In this document: piece by piece, positions 6,352 to 13,884 of the stretch | How the letters are laid out: each line of letters begins with the position of its first letter | How positions within the stretch are numbered: position 1 is the stretch's first letter | NCBI GenBank assembly: GCA_964419555.1 | Contig: CAYQPS010000001.1 | Coordinates: 1-33,807 of the forward strand | DNA length: 33,807 bases | Source: an uncultured Candidatus Saccharibacteria bacterium | GTDB taxonomy: Bacteria; Patescibacteriota; Minisyncoccia; Phycocordibacterales; UBA9973 | Direction: 5' to 3' | Translations under genes and position numbers: made by a program | Notes under the pieces: generated by a model | Seen by the model: only the letters and a program-made list of their open reading frames with translations | What the model was told of the DNA's origin: nothing | Database searches by the model: none

Positions 6352-6942
6352 ATGGATATAAAAATAATTCTCGGAGCAATTGCAGTAATCTTGGCTTTTG
6401 TCAGTTCTTTTATTTACATCCGAGATATTTTTAGAGGAAATTCAAAACCTCATACCTATACTTGGCTTATTTGGGCTATCGTTACCTGGATAGCATTTGG
6501 AGGACAATGGGTATCCGGAGGAGGGCCTGGCGCTTGGGCGACTGGAGCATCTGCTCTTCTTACCACTTTTACACTCCTTCTTTCATTAAAAGGAAACTAC
6601 GGAACAAAGGACATTACAAATTTTGATAAAATATGTTTGGCTTTTGCGCTGGTCTCTATTTTACCTTGGCTTTTAGTTGATAGTGTTCTTTGGTCTGTGA
6701 TACTAGCATCTTTAATTGATGTTATAGGATTTTTCCCAACTATGCGAAAAACTTGGTATGCGCCTAAAAGCGAATCGCTCGCATCAATGTGGGTTGATTT
6801 CGTAAAACATACATTATCCATTATGTCGATGAGAAATTACTCTTTAATTACTTGGTTGTATCCTGCTGCGGTTTTACTGACGAAAGTGATTATTATAGGT
6901 GAAATAACTTTCTTGCGACAAATAAAGAAAATTAAAGACTAA
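6352..6942 (+). CDS. Hypothetical polytopic membrane protein (~6 TM helices)
   Basis: 196-aa ORF, hydrophobic throughout, with no family I can name confidently. Confidence 0.6.
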   Translation: MDIKIILGAIAVILAFVSSFIYIRDIFRGNSKPHTYTWLIWAIVTWIAFGGQWVSGGGPGAWATGASALLTTFTLLLSLKGNYGTKDITNFDKICLAFALVSILPWLLVDSVLWSVILASLIDVIGFFPTMRKTWYAPKSESLASMWVDFVKHTLSIMSMRNYSLITWLYPAAVLLTKVIIIGEITFLRQIKKIKD

Positions 6943-7007
6943 GTTTTGAGAGACAAGAATAACTGCTTAAATTGATTAGGTAGTACGGATGGATAAGGAA
7001 ATATTTC

Positions 7008-7036
7008 TTGCCATTTAATAGTTCGTAAGTTATACT
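7008..7036 (+). promoter_or_regulatory. Sigma70-like promoter with no obvious downstream gene
   Basis: TTGCCA (7008-7013), a 17-nt spacer, then TATACT (7031-7036). Only ORFs of 14 aa or fewer follow. Confidence 0.35.
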
Positions 7037-7189
7037 GCCAAGCGAGCCCAGTGAAAAAAATATGTGTTATATGGATTACCATATAGCAATGGCGCTCGGA
7101 CATTAAACAAATAAACTTGTTTATGCTCCTCGCTTATTGCTATAATAAGCTAAAGGTCGCTTATTATTAATTCTAATCACTCATATCCT

Positions 7190-7327
7190 ATGTCGCTATT
7201 TACTGTCGCAGAAGTTGTTTTCTTTCTCGTTTTCGGTATTAGTAGTTTTTTTCCTTTTAAATACTCGAAGGAAATTTGTGCAATTGCAGCAATTGTTATC
7301 GGAATTCTTTTAGTTGTTAAGTATTAA
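7190..7327 (+). CDS. Possible 45-aa two-TM micro-protein (not in the ORF track)
   Basis: My own translation is MSLFTVAEVVFFLVFGISSFFPFKYSKEICAIAAIVIGILLVVKY. TGcTATAAT lies upstream at 7138-7146. Confidence 0.3.
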   Translation: MSLFTVAEVVFFLVFGISSFFPFKYSKEICAIAAIVIGILLVVKY

Positions 7328-7530
7328 AAAAACGTTATCTAGAAAAACAAGTTCCAACATCCTCTATCCAGTGGAGCAATGGTTCCGTACCAGTTTTTCT
7401 ATGCTACGATAGGGGGTGGTGATTTTGTTGAAGATATTCAATTGGTATTAAAACATTGAGGGCATGCTTATCGGCGCCGGGTCTTTATTTTAAACACCAT
7501 ACATCAGCTCTGGAGGCTCTATTTCCCCCA

Positions 7531-7559
7531 TTGACTTTTAGTATAAAATATGCTATACT
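7531..7559 (+). promoter_or_regulatory. Promoter of the protease gene
   Basis: TTGACT (7531-7536), a 17-nt spacer, then TGcTATACT (-10 at 7554-7559). This places the track start at 7550 inside the promoter. Confidence 0.6.
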
Positions 7560-7576
7560 ATACATTAGTAGATAAT

Positions 7577-9964
7577 ATGAAAAAGAGTAGAAAATACAAC
7601 TTATTTTTCTCAGCGTTTTTAATTTTTTCCCTCCTTTTGGGTAGTTTGCCTGTTTCGGCATTTGAAGAAAATACAGTTAATATTGAGCAACCGGAGCAAC
7701 TTGTAGTTGAAATTTTACCTATTGCTGAAGAGTTTGAAATATTAACTCCTCCAGTCACCGAAGAAAATATAGAAGTAGTAGAGCCAATAGTTTCAGAAGA
7801 AATTATTGAACCAGAAAAATCTGAACAAATAGAAGAAATAGAAGGAGATTATGTAGAAGGCGAAGTTTTAGTTAAATACGCAGAGGAAAGTGAGATTTCA
7901 GTTTTAGAAATTACAGATGAGGATACAGTTGCAGAGAAAATCGCTGAACTAGAAAATGATCCGAATGTTGAATACGCAGAGCCAAACTATACTCGCGAGA
8001 TAACCAGTATTGTTACAAATGATACACACAGAGGTTTGCTGTGGGGGCTAGACAACACAGCTCAAATTATTGACGGGGTAACAGGCACGAATGATGCTGA
8101 CATAGATGCACCTGAGGCTTGGGCAATAAACGAGGGGACCAATGCTTCTGTGACAGTAGCGGTGATAGATACCGGTGTGTTGTATACTCATCCCGACTTG
8201 ACGGCAAATATGTGGGACGGGACAAATTGTAAAAATGAAAGTGGTGTTGCCATAGTGGGCGGCTGCAATCACGGCTATGACTATTTAAATAACGACAATA
8301 CGCCCCTGCCTTCCGTGCCGTCGACCCCTTCTACGTTTCATGGTACACATGTTGCAGGAATAATTGGCGGACAAAAAAATAATGATCAGGGTGTCATCGG
8401 AGTGGCTCCAAATGTAAAAATAATGGCTATCAAATTCGGACTTGATGTCTCTTCAGAAGTTAAAGCAATTGACTTTGCAACTCAAAACGGAGTAAAAGTT
8501 ATCAATGCTAGTTATGGAGGAGCTGGTTTTTCTCAACCTGAATTTGATGCTATAAGTCGCTTTAAAGACGCCGGAGGAATTTTCATCGCGGCTTCGGGAA
8601 ATAATAATGCTAACAACGATGCTACCGGATTTTATCCTGCAAGTTATGATTTAGATAATATTATTTCTGTAGCCGCTACCGACCAAAACGATTTATTGGC
8701 AAATTTTTCAAACTACGGCGCTACTTCTATCGATGTAGGTGCGCCCGGAACAAATATTTACAGTACAGTGCTTAGCAACGGTTATGATTATGCAGATGGC
8801 ACTTCTATGGCTACTCCGCATGTGACAGGTCTGGTGGCGCTACTTTGGGGTTATAGACCCAGCCTTACGGCAACAGAAGTAAAAGATTCAATTTTAGATA
8901 ATGGAGACAATCTCGCGTCTCTTGCCGGCAAAACAGTTACGGGTAAAAGAATAAATGCGTTCAATACTCTTAACGAAGATATCACTGCGCCAGTTATTAC
9001 TTTGCTTGGCGCCAGTCCGGTTGATTTTTTTGTTGGTGATCCGGCGTATATTGATGCTGGAGCCACTGCTCTCGACGACGTTGATGGAGACATTACAGCA
9101 AATATTGTTGTCGGAGGCGACGTCGTGGATATCAACCTAGCAGAAACTTATGTAATTACTTACAATGTTTCCGATACGGCAGGCAACACGGCGACGGAAG
9201 TCACTAGAACCATAAACGTTATTGTTCCAGATACCACAGCTCCCATCATTACTTTAAACGGTGCAAATCCAATGAACTTGACTGCGGGTGACACTTTTAC
9301 CGATCCGGGAGCAACGGCTCTTGACGATGTTGATGGCGCAGTCAGTGTAGTAGCTTCCGGAGTGGTTGATACTGCTGTCGTAGATACTTATACAATCTCT
9401 TACGCTGCTACTGATGTAGCTTTTAATACTGCCACAGCGACTCGTACTGTGAATGTAAATGCTGTGCCTACTCCTCCATCATCAAGTGGCGGCGGGGGCG
9501 GCGGGGGAGGTGGCGGTGGAAAAAAGAAAGTTGCTCCTTTGGTTATTTTGCCTTCGAGTCTGTCCGCAATTCCCAATGGATGCGTTTCCGGCAATTTGTT
9601 CAGCCCAATTACCGGAGCAAAGTGCCCGACAAGCTCGGCAACTATCTCTGGATGTGTTGTCGGTAATTTATTTAGCTCTGTCACTGGAGCGCCGTGTGGA
9701 AATAATTCCGCAGTTGTCGGTGGAGTCGGTGGAGTTTTGGGCGCAGAGGCATTTCAATTTACACTTTTGCTTAAACTTGGCTCACGCGGGCCGGAAGTAA
9801 TGGAGCTTCAAAAATTACTAAACAATAAAGGCTATGACTGCGGAGTGGCGGATGGCACTTTTGGTCAAAAAACTAAAAACTGTGTAGCCCTATTTCAAAT
9901 TTCAAATGGGCTTCCAGGCGTCGGCATCGTGGGTCCCATGACTCGCGCTACTTTGAATAAATAA
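7577..9964 (+). CDS. Secreted subtilisin-family (S8) serine protease with 2 Ig-like (DUF5011-type) repeats, a Gly/Lys linker, 2 Cys-bracketed short repeats and a C-terminal peptidoglycan-binding domain
   Basis: Signal peptide MKKSRKYNLFFSAFLIFSLLLGSLPVSAFE. Catalytic triad motifs VAVIDTGV, HGTHVAG and GTSMATPHV. Two ITLxGAxP...ATALDDVDG repeats. CVSGNLFSPITGAKC and CVVGNLFSSVTGAPC. PG_binding_1-like LGSRGPEVMELQKLLN...GxFGxxT. Confidence 0.85.
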   Translation: MKKSRKYNLFFSAFLIFSLLLGSLPVSAFEENTVNIEQPEQLVVEILPIAEEFEILTPPVTEENIEVVEPIVSEEIIEPEKSEQIEEIEGDYVEGEVLVKYAEESEISVLEITDEDTVAEKIAELENDPNVEYAEPNYTREITSIVTNDTHRGLLWGLDNTAQIIDGVTGTNDADIDAPEAWAINEGTNASVTVAVIDTGVLYTHPDLTANMWDGTNCKNESGVAIVGGCNHGYDYLNNDNTPLPSVPSTPSTFHGTHVAGIIGGQKNNDQGVIGVAPNVKIMAIKFGLDVSSEVKAIDFATQNGVKVINASYGGAGFSQPEFDAISRFKDAGGIFIAASGNNNANNDATGFYPASYDLDNIISVAATDQNDLLANFSNYGATSIDVGAPGTNIYSTVLSNGYDYADGTSMATPHVTGLVALLWGYRPSLTATEVKDSILDNGDNLASLAGKTVTGKRINAFNTLNEDITAPVITLLGASPVDFFVGDPAYIDAGATALDDVDGDITANIVVGGDVVDINLAETYVITYNVSDTAGNTATEVTRTINVIVPDTTAPIITLNGANPMNLTAGDTFTDPGATALDDVDGAVSVVASGVVDTAVVDTYTISYAATDVAFNTATATRTVNVNAVPTPPSSSGGGGGGGGGGGKKKVAPLVILPSSLSAIPNGCVSGNLFSPITGAKCPTSSATISGCVVGNLFSSVTGAPCGNNSAVVGGVGGVLGAEAFQFTLLLKLGSRGPEVMELQKLLNNKGYDCGVADGTFGQKTKNCVALFQISNGLPGVGIVGPMTRATLNK

Positions 9965-10000
9965 AAAACTTAAAAGTAGTAAAAAAACACGGTCAGAACA

Positions 10001-10029
10001 TTGACGCATTTTTATGGAAATGCTATTCT
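10001..10029 (+). promoter_or_regulatory. Promoter of the 103-aa ORF
   Basis: TTGACG (10001-10006), a 17-nt spacer, then TGcTATTCT (-10 at 10024-10029). GGAG (10054-10057) lies 9 nt before the ATG at 10067. Confidence 0.55.
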
Positions 10030-10066
10030 CCGGTTGGAATTTCACACACATACGGAGAAACGCACC

Positions 10067-10378
10067 ATGCAAGTTCCCAAGTTAAAGTGGAGGGAGAAAC
10101 GCGGAGATGGGTGGAGTAAAACTCGTTACTCCGGGTTGTATTTCTATATCGACGGCCGGCATCCAGTGTTGGTCTCAAGAATTTCTCCTCAAGCACTTCG
10201 AGTCGTGCAAAAAGGAGAAAATTCAGAGTATCGATTTATTTCACCGCTTGAGCGCGTCGAAGTCTCCAAGTCGTTCATCAATGCTGCGAAAGTAGCGCTT
10301 GAAGCAGGCGTTGCCATTACGTCTCGGGAGCAACTCGACGAATTTGAAAGGGCGATGTCACCTGTTGCTCGAGTGTGA
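10067..10378 (+). CDS. Hypothetical protein (103 aa) in the GC-rich islet
   Basis: The ORF has its own promoter, SD and terminator. The track start at 10001 is the -35 box read as TTG. No recognisable motif. Confidence 0.55.
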   Translation: MQVPKLKWREKRGDGWSKTRYSGLYFYIDGRHPVLVSRISPQALRVVQKGENSEYRFISPLERVEVSKSFINAAKVALEAGVAITSREQLDEFERAMSPVARV

Positions 10379-10404
10379 CTCGTCAACTATTGGTTCACAA
10401 CAAC

Positions 10405-10446
10405 GAGCGCACGACTTGAAAGTCGTGCGCTCGCTATCTTTTTTAT
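10405..10446 (+). terminator. Rho-independent terminator
   Basis: A 12-bp stem GAGCGCACGACT (10405-10416) / AGTCGTGCGCTC (10421-10432) with loop TGAA, then GCTATCTTTTTT. Confidence 0.8.
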
Positions 10447-10531
10447 TCTATAGCTCAAATGAGTGAATAAGCACAAACCTCCCAAAGCGTGCTATAATCA
10501 GCGAGTTACTTTATCAATAACATGAAATTAT

Positions 10532-10651
10532 ATGGCAAAACGAAGTACAACACTTAGTCCAAAGAAAAAATCAAGACGCTCAAAGAAGACCAAGAAACGT
10601 CTGGAAATAAAGAGACAGATGCTAGCTAAAAAAGCGGCTAGAAGAAAATAA
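10532..10651 (+). CDS. Possible 39-aa highly basic micro-protein (not in the ORF track)
   Basis: My own translation is MAKRSTTLSPKKKSRRSKKTKKRLEIKRQMLAKKAARRK. TGcTATAAT lies at 10490-10498 and a strong hairpin follows at 10680-10703. Confidence 0.4.
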   Translation: MAKRSTTLSPKKKSRRSKKTKKRLEIKRQMLAKKAARRK

Positions 10652-10679
10652 TATTAGATTCTGGACTCTAAACGAATCT

Positions 10680-10703
10680 GGGCTCTTCCGTTTGGAAGAG
10701 CCC
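10680..10703. terminator. Bidirectional hairpin between convergent ORFs
   Basis: A perfect 10-bp stem GGGCTCTTCC / GGAAGAGCCC with loop GTTT. Confidence 0.65.
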
Positions 10704-10727
10704 GTCGCTTTGATGTTACTATTCGTG

Positions 10728-11192
10728 TCAGTGGGGAAGCTGATGACCTTTTCCTCGATGAATCATGCGCCGCCGATCCCGGCTGGAAAGCTGGGCGAGT
10801 CTCCTTCTCAAGTATGAAAACTCCAGCGAATCTGCGAGGGCTTCAAGGTCCTCATTGACGAGACGCGTGTCTCCTCTCCTCGCCGAACTTCCGTTCGGCG
10901 CCCTAGTCTTCTTGGGAAGGACGTTGATCGGGGTCGTAGCTTGGAACGCTGAGAATCCATCTCCTGGGGTCTCGAGGTCGATCTCGATGTCCATGTCGTC
11001 GAACGGGGAGTCCGACGAAAGGAAGTGATGCATCTCCGTCAGCACCTCATTGGGATTTTTGAGGGCGGACCAATCGCCTTCAGCTCTGTCGAGCCTTTCC
11101 TCAGCGGAAAGGTAGGGGGTGACCCGGCGGGCTGTTGTGAGCGCCTTTTGTACAAGACGTTCAGTGGAGGGGGAAGGGATACCACGAGGCAT
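10728..11192 (-). CDS. Hypothetical protein (154 aa), GC-rich, low-complexity and charged
   Basis: AGGAA lies ~9 nt upstream of the ATG. No recognisable domain. Spot G+C of single lines is 50-62%. Confidence 0.5.
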   Translation of the reverse strand: MPRGIPSPSTERLVQKALTTARRVTPYLSAEERLDRAEGDWSALKNPNEVLTEMHHFLSSDSPFDDMDIEIDLETPGDGFSAFQATTPINVLPKKTRAPNGSSARRGDTRLVNEDLEALADSLEFSYLRRRLAQLSSRDRRRMIHRGKGHQLPH

Positions 11193-11339
11193 GTTGCTTA
11201 TTCCTGTAGTGTAGGGTGAAAGGACGAACTCAATTTAATTTTAATACTATCTTATGAGTTTCGCAAGGATTATACACAGATTTTGTGATATACTTAAACT
11301 GAAGGAGTAATAATTATTAGTTTAATATTAAAAATATTT

Positions 11340-11699
11340 ATGGCAGATGATAACAATAGTGCTGGTGCTGTAGGGAGTTCTTCAGATAGTAAAAAAAACA
11401 ATAGAACTTTGTTTGGTATTTTGGCGTATCTTTGGATATTAATCGCTATCCCTTTTGCGATGGCGAAAGGTGACCCTTTCGTTAAGTTTCATATCAAGCA
11501 GGGCCTTCTATTACTCATCATTGAACTAATCGTATATATTCTAGGGCCAATGCTTTTCCTTTCATCAGGTATGATGTTGATGAGGTTAATTCATTTAATA
11601 CTCTTTGTCTTTATTATATTTGGCATCATAAATGTTTTACAGGGTAAAGAAAAAGAACTTCCACTCATCGGGCATTTCGCGAAGTATTTCAAGTTTTAA
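11340..11699 (+). CDS. Small membrane protein, DUF4870-like
   Basis: Three TM helices and the FHIKQG motif after TM1, typical of this family as I recall it. TGaTATACT lies upstream at 11286-11294. Confidence 0.6.
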   Translation: MADDNNSAGAVGSSSDSKKNNRTLFGILAYLWILIAIPFAMAKGDPFVKFHIKQGLLLLIIELIVYILGPMLFLSSGMMLMRLIHLILFVFIIFGIINVLQGKEKELPLIGHFAKYFKF

Positions 11700-11703
11700 A
11701 ATT

Positions 11704-12366
11704 TTAAAAATCCTCGTCTTCTTTTTCCAGAAGGTCATTCCAGACTAGGAGTTTCCATTCGGGTTTCTGAAACCAACCGGTGATGTATTCACAGATAGTC
11801 ATACCAGCGTTGTCTATTGGATTAAAATAACTCAAAGTATTGTATTTAGAGGCGGTCAGACTCTCTCCATAGAGCAAGTAAGCGACGACCATTTTAAGAA
11901 AAATTCCATGGGTTACCATGATAAGTCTTTCTTCTTTTCTTTCGGCTATGTAAGCCAAAAGTTTTCTAGCTCTTTCTTTTAAGTCAACGAAGTTTTCTTC
12001 ATCGGAGTATCGAAAATTGTCGTCGTGAAATCTGTTGTCAATAAGACCGACAATTTGCGCTACATCTTTTTCCGTTCCAGAGCGTCCGACTATTTCTGTA
12101 GGATTTTTTCTTTCCACTAATAGGTCGCAATACTCGACAGGCATATTTAATTCCTTGGCGATGATGCCCGATGTCTCGCGAGTGCGCTGATATGGACTCG
12201 CAATTATTACCTGGGGTCGTCCTTTCTTCTTAGGAAACTTTTTTGCAGTTTCCATGGCTTGCGCGCGTCCTTTCTCGGTCAGTGGTCCCTCAGGTCCTTG
12301 TCGGATGCCTTTTGCATTGAGTACGGTCTCTCCATGTCGAACGAAATAAATTAATTTTACTGGCAT
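11704..12366 (-). CDS. Histidine phosphatase (phosphoglycerate-mutase-like) family protein
   Basis: The FVRHGET (RHG) motif and a later VTHG are present. I prefer the ATG at 12366 over the TTG at 12372. TGcTATAAA (12383-12375) lies 8 nt upstream. Confidence 0.8.
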   Translation of the reverse strand: MPVKLIYFVRHGETVLNAKGIRQGPEGPLTEKGRAQAMETAKKFPKKKGRPQVIIASPYQRTRETSGIIAKELNMPVEYCDLLVERKNPTEIVGRSGTEKDVAQIVGLIDNRFHDDNFRYSDEENFVDLKERARKLLAYIAERKEERLIMVTHGIFLKMVVAYLLYGESLTASKYNTLSYFNPIDNAGMTICEYITGWFQKPEWKLLVWNDLLEKEDEDF

Positions 12367-12423
12367 GCTCAATATTTATAGCATTTATTAGTTAAACTTT
12401 CTAGGGCAAATTTTCTGCAAAAC

Positions 12424-12432
12424 TGCTAGAAT
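12424..12432 (+). promoter_or_regulatory. Extended -10 (TGcTAGAAT) placed 6 nt before the DedA ATG
   Basis: TAGAAT is at 12427-12432 and the ATG at 12439. Confidence 0.5.
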
Positions 12433-12438
12433 ATATCC

Positions 12439-13050
12439 ATGGCCGAAATAATCGAATGGATACAGGCGCTTTTTTCTAATTATCCGCACTACCAATATTT
12501 GATTATTTTTTTAGGTGCGGGTTTCATAGGTGAGCCCGCTATTTTACTTTTCGGGTTTCTGGCCGCGACCGGTGTCTTGTCTATTGGGGCTGTAATTATC
12601 TTCGGAGTGCCGGGAGCTTTTTTGTCGGACTGTTTGTGGTTTTGGCTTGGCAAAACTCGCCCTATTCGAAAGTTAATTTCTCATCGCCACGCGACTACTT
12701 TTTTGGAAACTATTATAGAGACCATGAGACGGGCCAGTCGAGGGAATTATCCTCTGGCTCTAGTGTTTGCAAAATTTGTTACTGGCACTCGTATTCCGAT
12801 GATTTTACATATGAGTAATAACCAGTTCCCGTTTTTAAAGTTCATGCGCTTCAACACTATAGCAACTTCTTTTTGGGCTTCGGTTGTAATTTCTATAGGT
12901 TTTCTTTCTGGTCTTGGGTTTACACTTCTCTCCGGAGCTCTCAAGAGCGCCTATGCGGGTATCGGATTTATTTTCTTGATTGTTGTAGCCATAATTCTAT
13001 TCCAAAAATGGCTTAAAAAGAGATTTAGAGACAAAGAAGAAGTAAAATAA
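12439..13050 (+). CDS. DedA/VTT-family membrane protein
   Basis: A polytopic protein with GAGFIGEPA and FAKFVTGTRIP motifs resembling DedA signatures. Confidence 0.65.
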   Translation: MAEIIEWIQALFSNYPHYQYLIIFLGAGFIGEPAILLFGFLAATGVLSIGAVIIFGVPGAFLSDCLWFWLGKTRPIRKLISHRHATTFLETIIETMRRASRGNYPLALVFAKFVTGTRIPMILHMSNNQFPFLKFMRFNTIATSFWASVVISIGFLSGLGFTLLSGALKSAYAGIGFIFLIVVAIILFQKWLKKRFRDKEEVK

Positions 13051-13057
13051 CCACTAC

Positions 13058-13085
13058 TTGATTTTAGGCTTTTTTAATGTAAGAT
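13058..13085 (+). promoter_or_regulatory. Candidate promoter of the sRNA/leader
   Basis: TTGATT (13058-13063), a 16-nt spacer, then TAAGAT (13080-13085). Confidence 0.4.
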
Positions 13086-13091
13086 TCAGGA

Positions 13092-13325
13092 GAAGTTGAA
13101 TGGCCGAGGTGTGGGTAGATTCACGAGCGAAGTAGTTTTGCTCAATCTTCCATCGAGAGGAGAGAGTGAAAAAGGGGCTGTGTAAGTCAGCCCCAAACTG
13201 GCCACCCGGAGGCCAGACCCGAGCAGGCCTGTTGGGCTGCAAAGAACTTGCTATCTCACAAGGATAGTTTGAACACCGGGATCGAGGGTAGTCGTGATTT
13301 CTACGGCTACCCTCATCTATTTTTA
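13092..13325 (+). ncRNA. Candidate ~235-nt structured RNA (sRNA or riboswitch-like leader) ending in an intrinsic terminator
   Basis: Spot G+C is 50-63%. Hairpins are GGGGCTG (13174-80) / CAGCCCC (13188-94) and CTGGCC (13198-203) / GGCCAG (13211-16). The terminator is a 13-bp stem at 13284-13314 (including U.G pairs valid only on the plus strand) plus a T-run to 13325. The 62-aa antisense ORF in the track is judged spurious. Confidence 0.4.
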
Positions 13326-13378
13326 TACAAAATTAAATGTGAATATTTTATATTTTATCGTATAATAAAAACTCAATT

Positions 13379-13846
13379 ATGCGCAATGGAAAGTCCACAA
13401 TAAAAAAGAAAAAGAAGCTGGTCATGGTAAGTGGAGGTTTTGACCCGGTTCACATTGGCCATGTTCGCTTATTTAAAGAAGCTCGCAAATTGGGTGATAA
13501 GTTGGTTGTGTTGCTCAACAATGATAATTGGCTAATTTACAAAAAAGGTTTTGTCTTTATGCCGGAACATGAGCGCAAAGAAGTGATAGAAGCCTTTGAA
13601 GGAGTGGATGAGGTAATTGTAAGTAGTCATAAAAAGAATACAAAAGACATAAGTATCAGTAAAGAAATACGAGCCATTCGTCCCCATGTATTCGCTAAAG
13701 GCGGGGACCGCCATGTTGGTAATATCCCGACTCCCGAAGTCTTGGTTTGCCGAGAAATAGGATGTGTCATAGTAAATGACGTTGGGTTTGGGGGAAAAGT
13801 GCAAAGTTCATCGGAGTTGGTAAAGAAAGCCAAAAAGTTAAGATAA
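13379..13846 (+). CDS. Cytidylyltransferase-family nucleotidyltransferase (RfaE domain II / TagD-like)
   Basis: The motif is GGFDPVHIGHV (HxGH). Length 155 aa. Confidence 0.75.
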   Translation: MRNGKSTIKKKKKLVMVSGGFDPVHIGHVRLFKEARKLGDKLVVLLNNDNWLIYKKGFVFMPEHERKEVIEAFEGVDEVIVSSHKKNTKDISISKEIRAIRPHVFAKGGDRHVGNIPTPEVLVCREIGCVIVNDVGFGGKVQSSSELVKKAKKLR

Positions 13847-13869
13847 ATTTGCTTGTGGTCCCCGTTTGT

Positions 13870-13878
13870 TGATATAAT
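13870..13878 (+). promoter_or_regulatory. Extended -10 (TGaTATAAT) placed 6 nt before the cupin ATG
   Basis: TATAAT is at 13873-13878 and the ATG at 13885. Confidence 0.5.
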
Positions 13879-13884
13879 TGTTTC

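Noticed and set aside
7550-7576. N-terminal extensions implied by the ORF-track starts: 7550, 10001, 12372, 14144, 21085, 21094, 24840, 30177 and 2956.
   Set aside because: The extensions either contain the gene's own -35/-10 elements or overlap the neighbouring gene. Canonical family N-termini (MKKIRVGINGFG, MKLVVGLGNPG, the MKKSRK signal peptide, MKIKRLEIEN) begin at internal Met codons.
9488-9529. The G-rich tract encoding Gly11-Lys3, considered as a possible slipped-strand phase-variation site.
   Set aside because: It is a mixed GGC/GGG/GGA/GGT run rather than a homopolymer or a perfect short tandem repeat, and it is in-frame within a linker. It is more likely just a flexible spacer.
13174-13240. 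GUCAG...CCGGAGG...AGCAGGCC in the sRNA candidate resembles the SRP RNA helix 8 consensus (GUCAGGUCCGGAAGGAAGCAGCC).
   Set aside because: The apical loop is a 7-nt ACCCGGA rather than a GNRA tetraloop. ~25 extra nt are inserted, and the flanking helix 5 pairing is absent.
13054-13242. The 62-aa minus-strand ORF in the track (MQPNRPARVWPPGG...).
   Set aside because: It lies antisense to a promoter-plus-terminator-delimited, hairpin-rich segment. It has no start-site signals and a low-complexity Pro/Gly/Arg start typical of GC-rich non-coding sequence.
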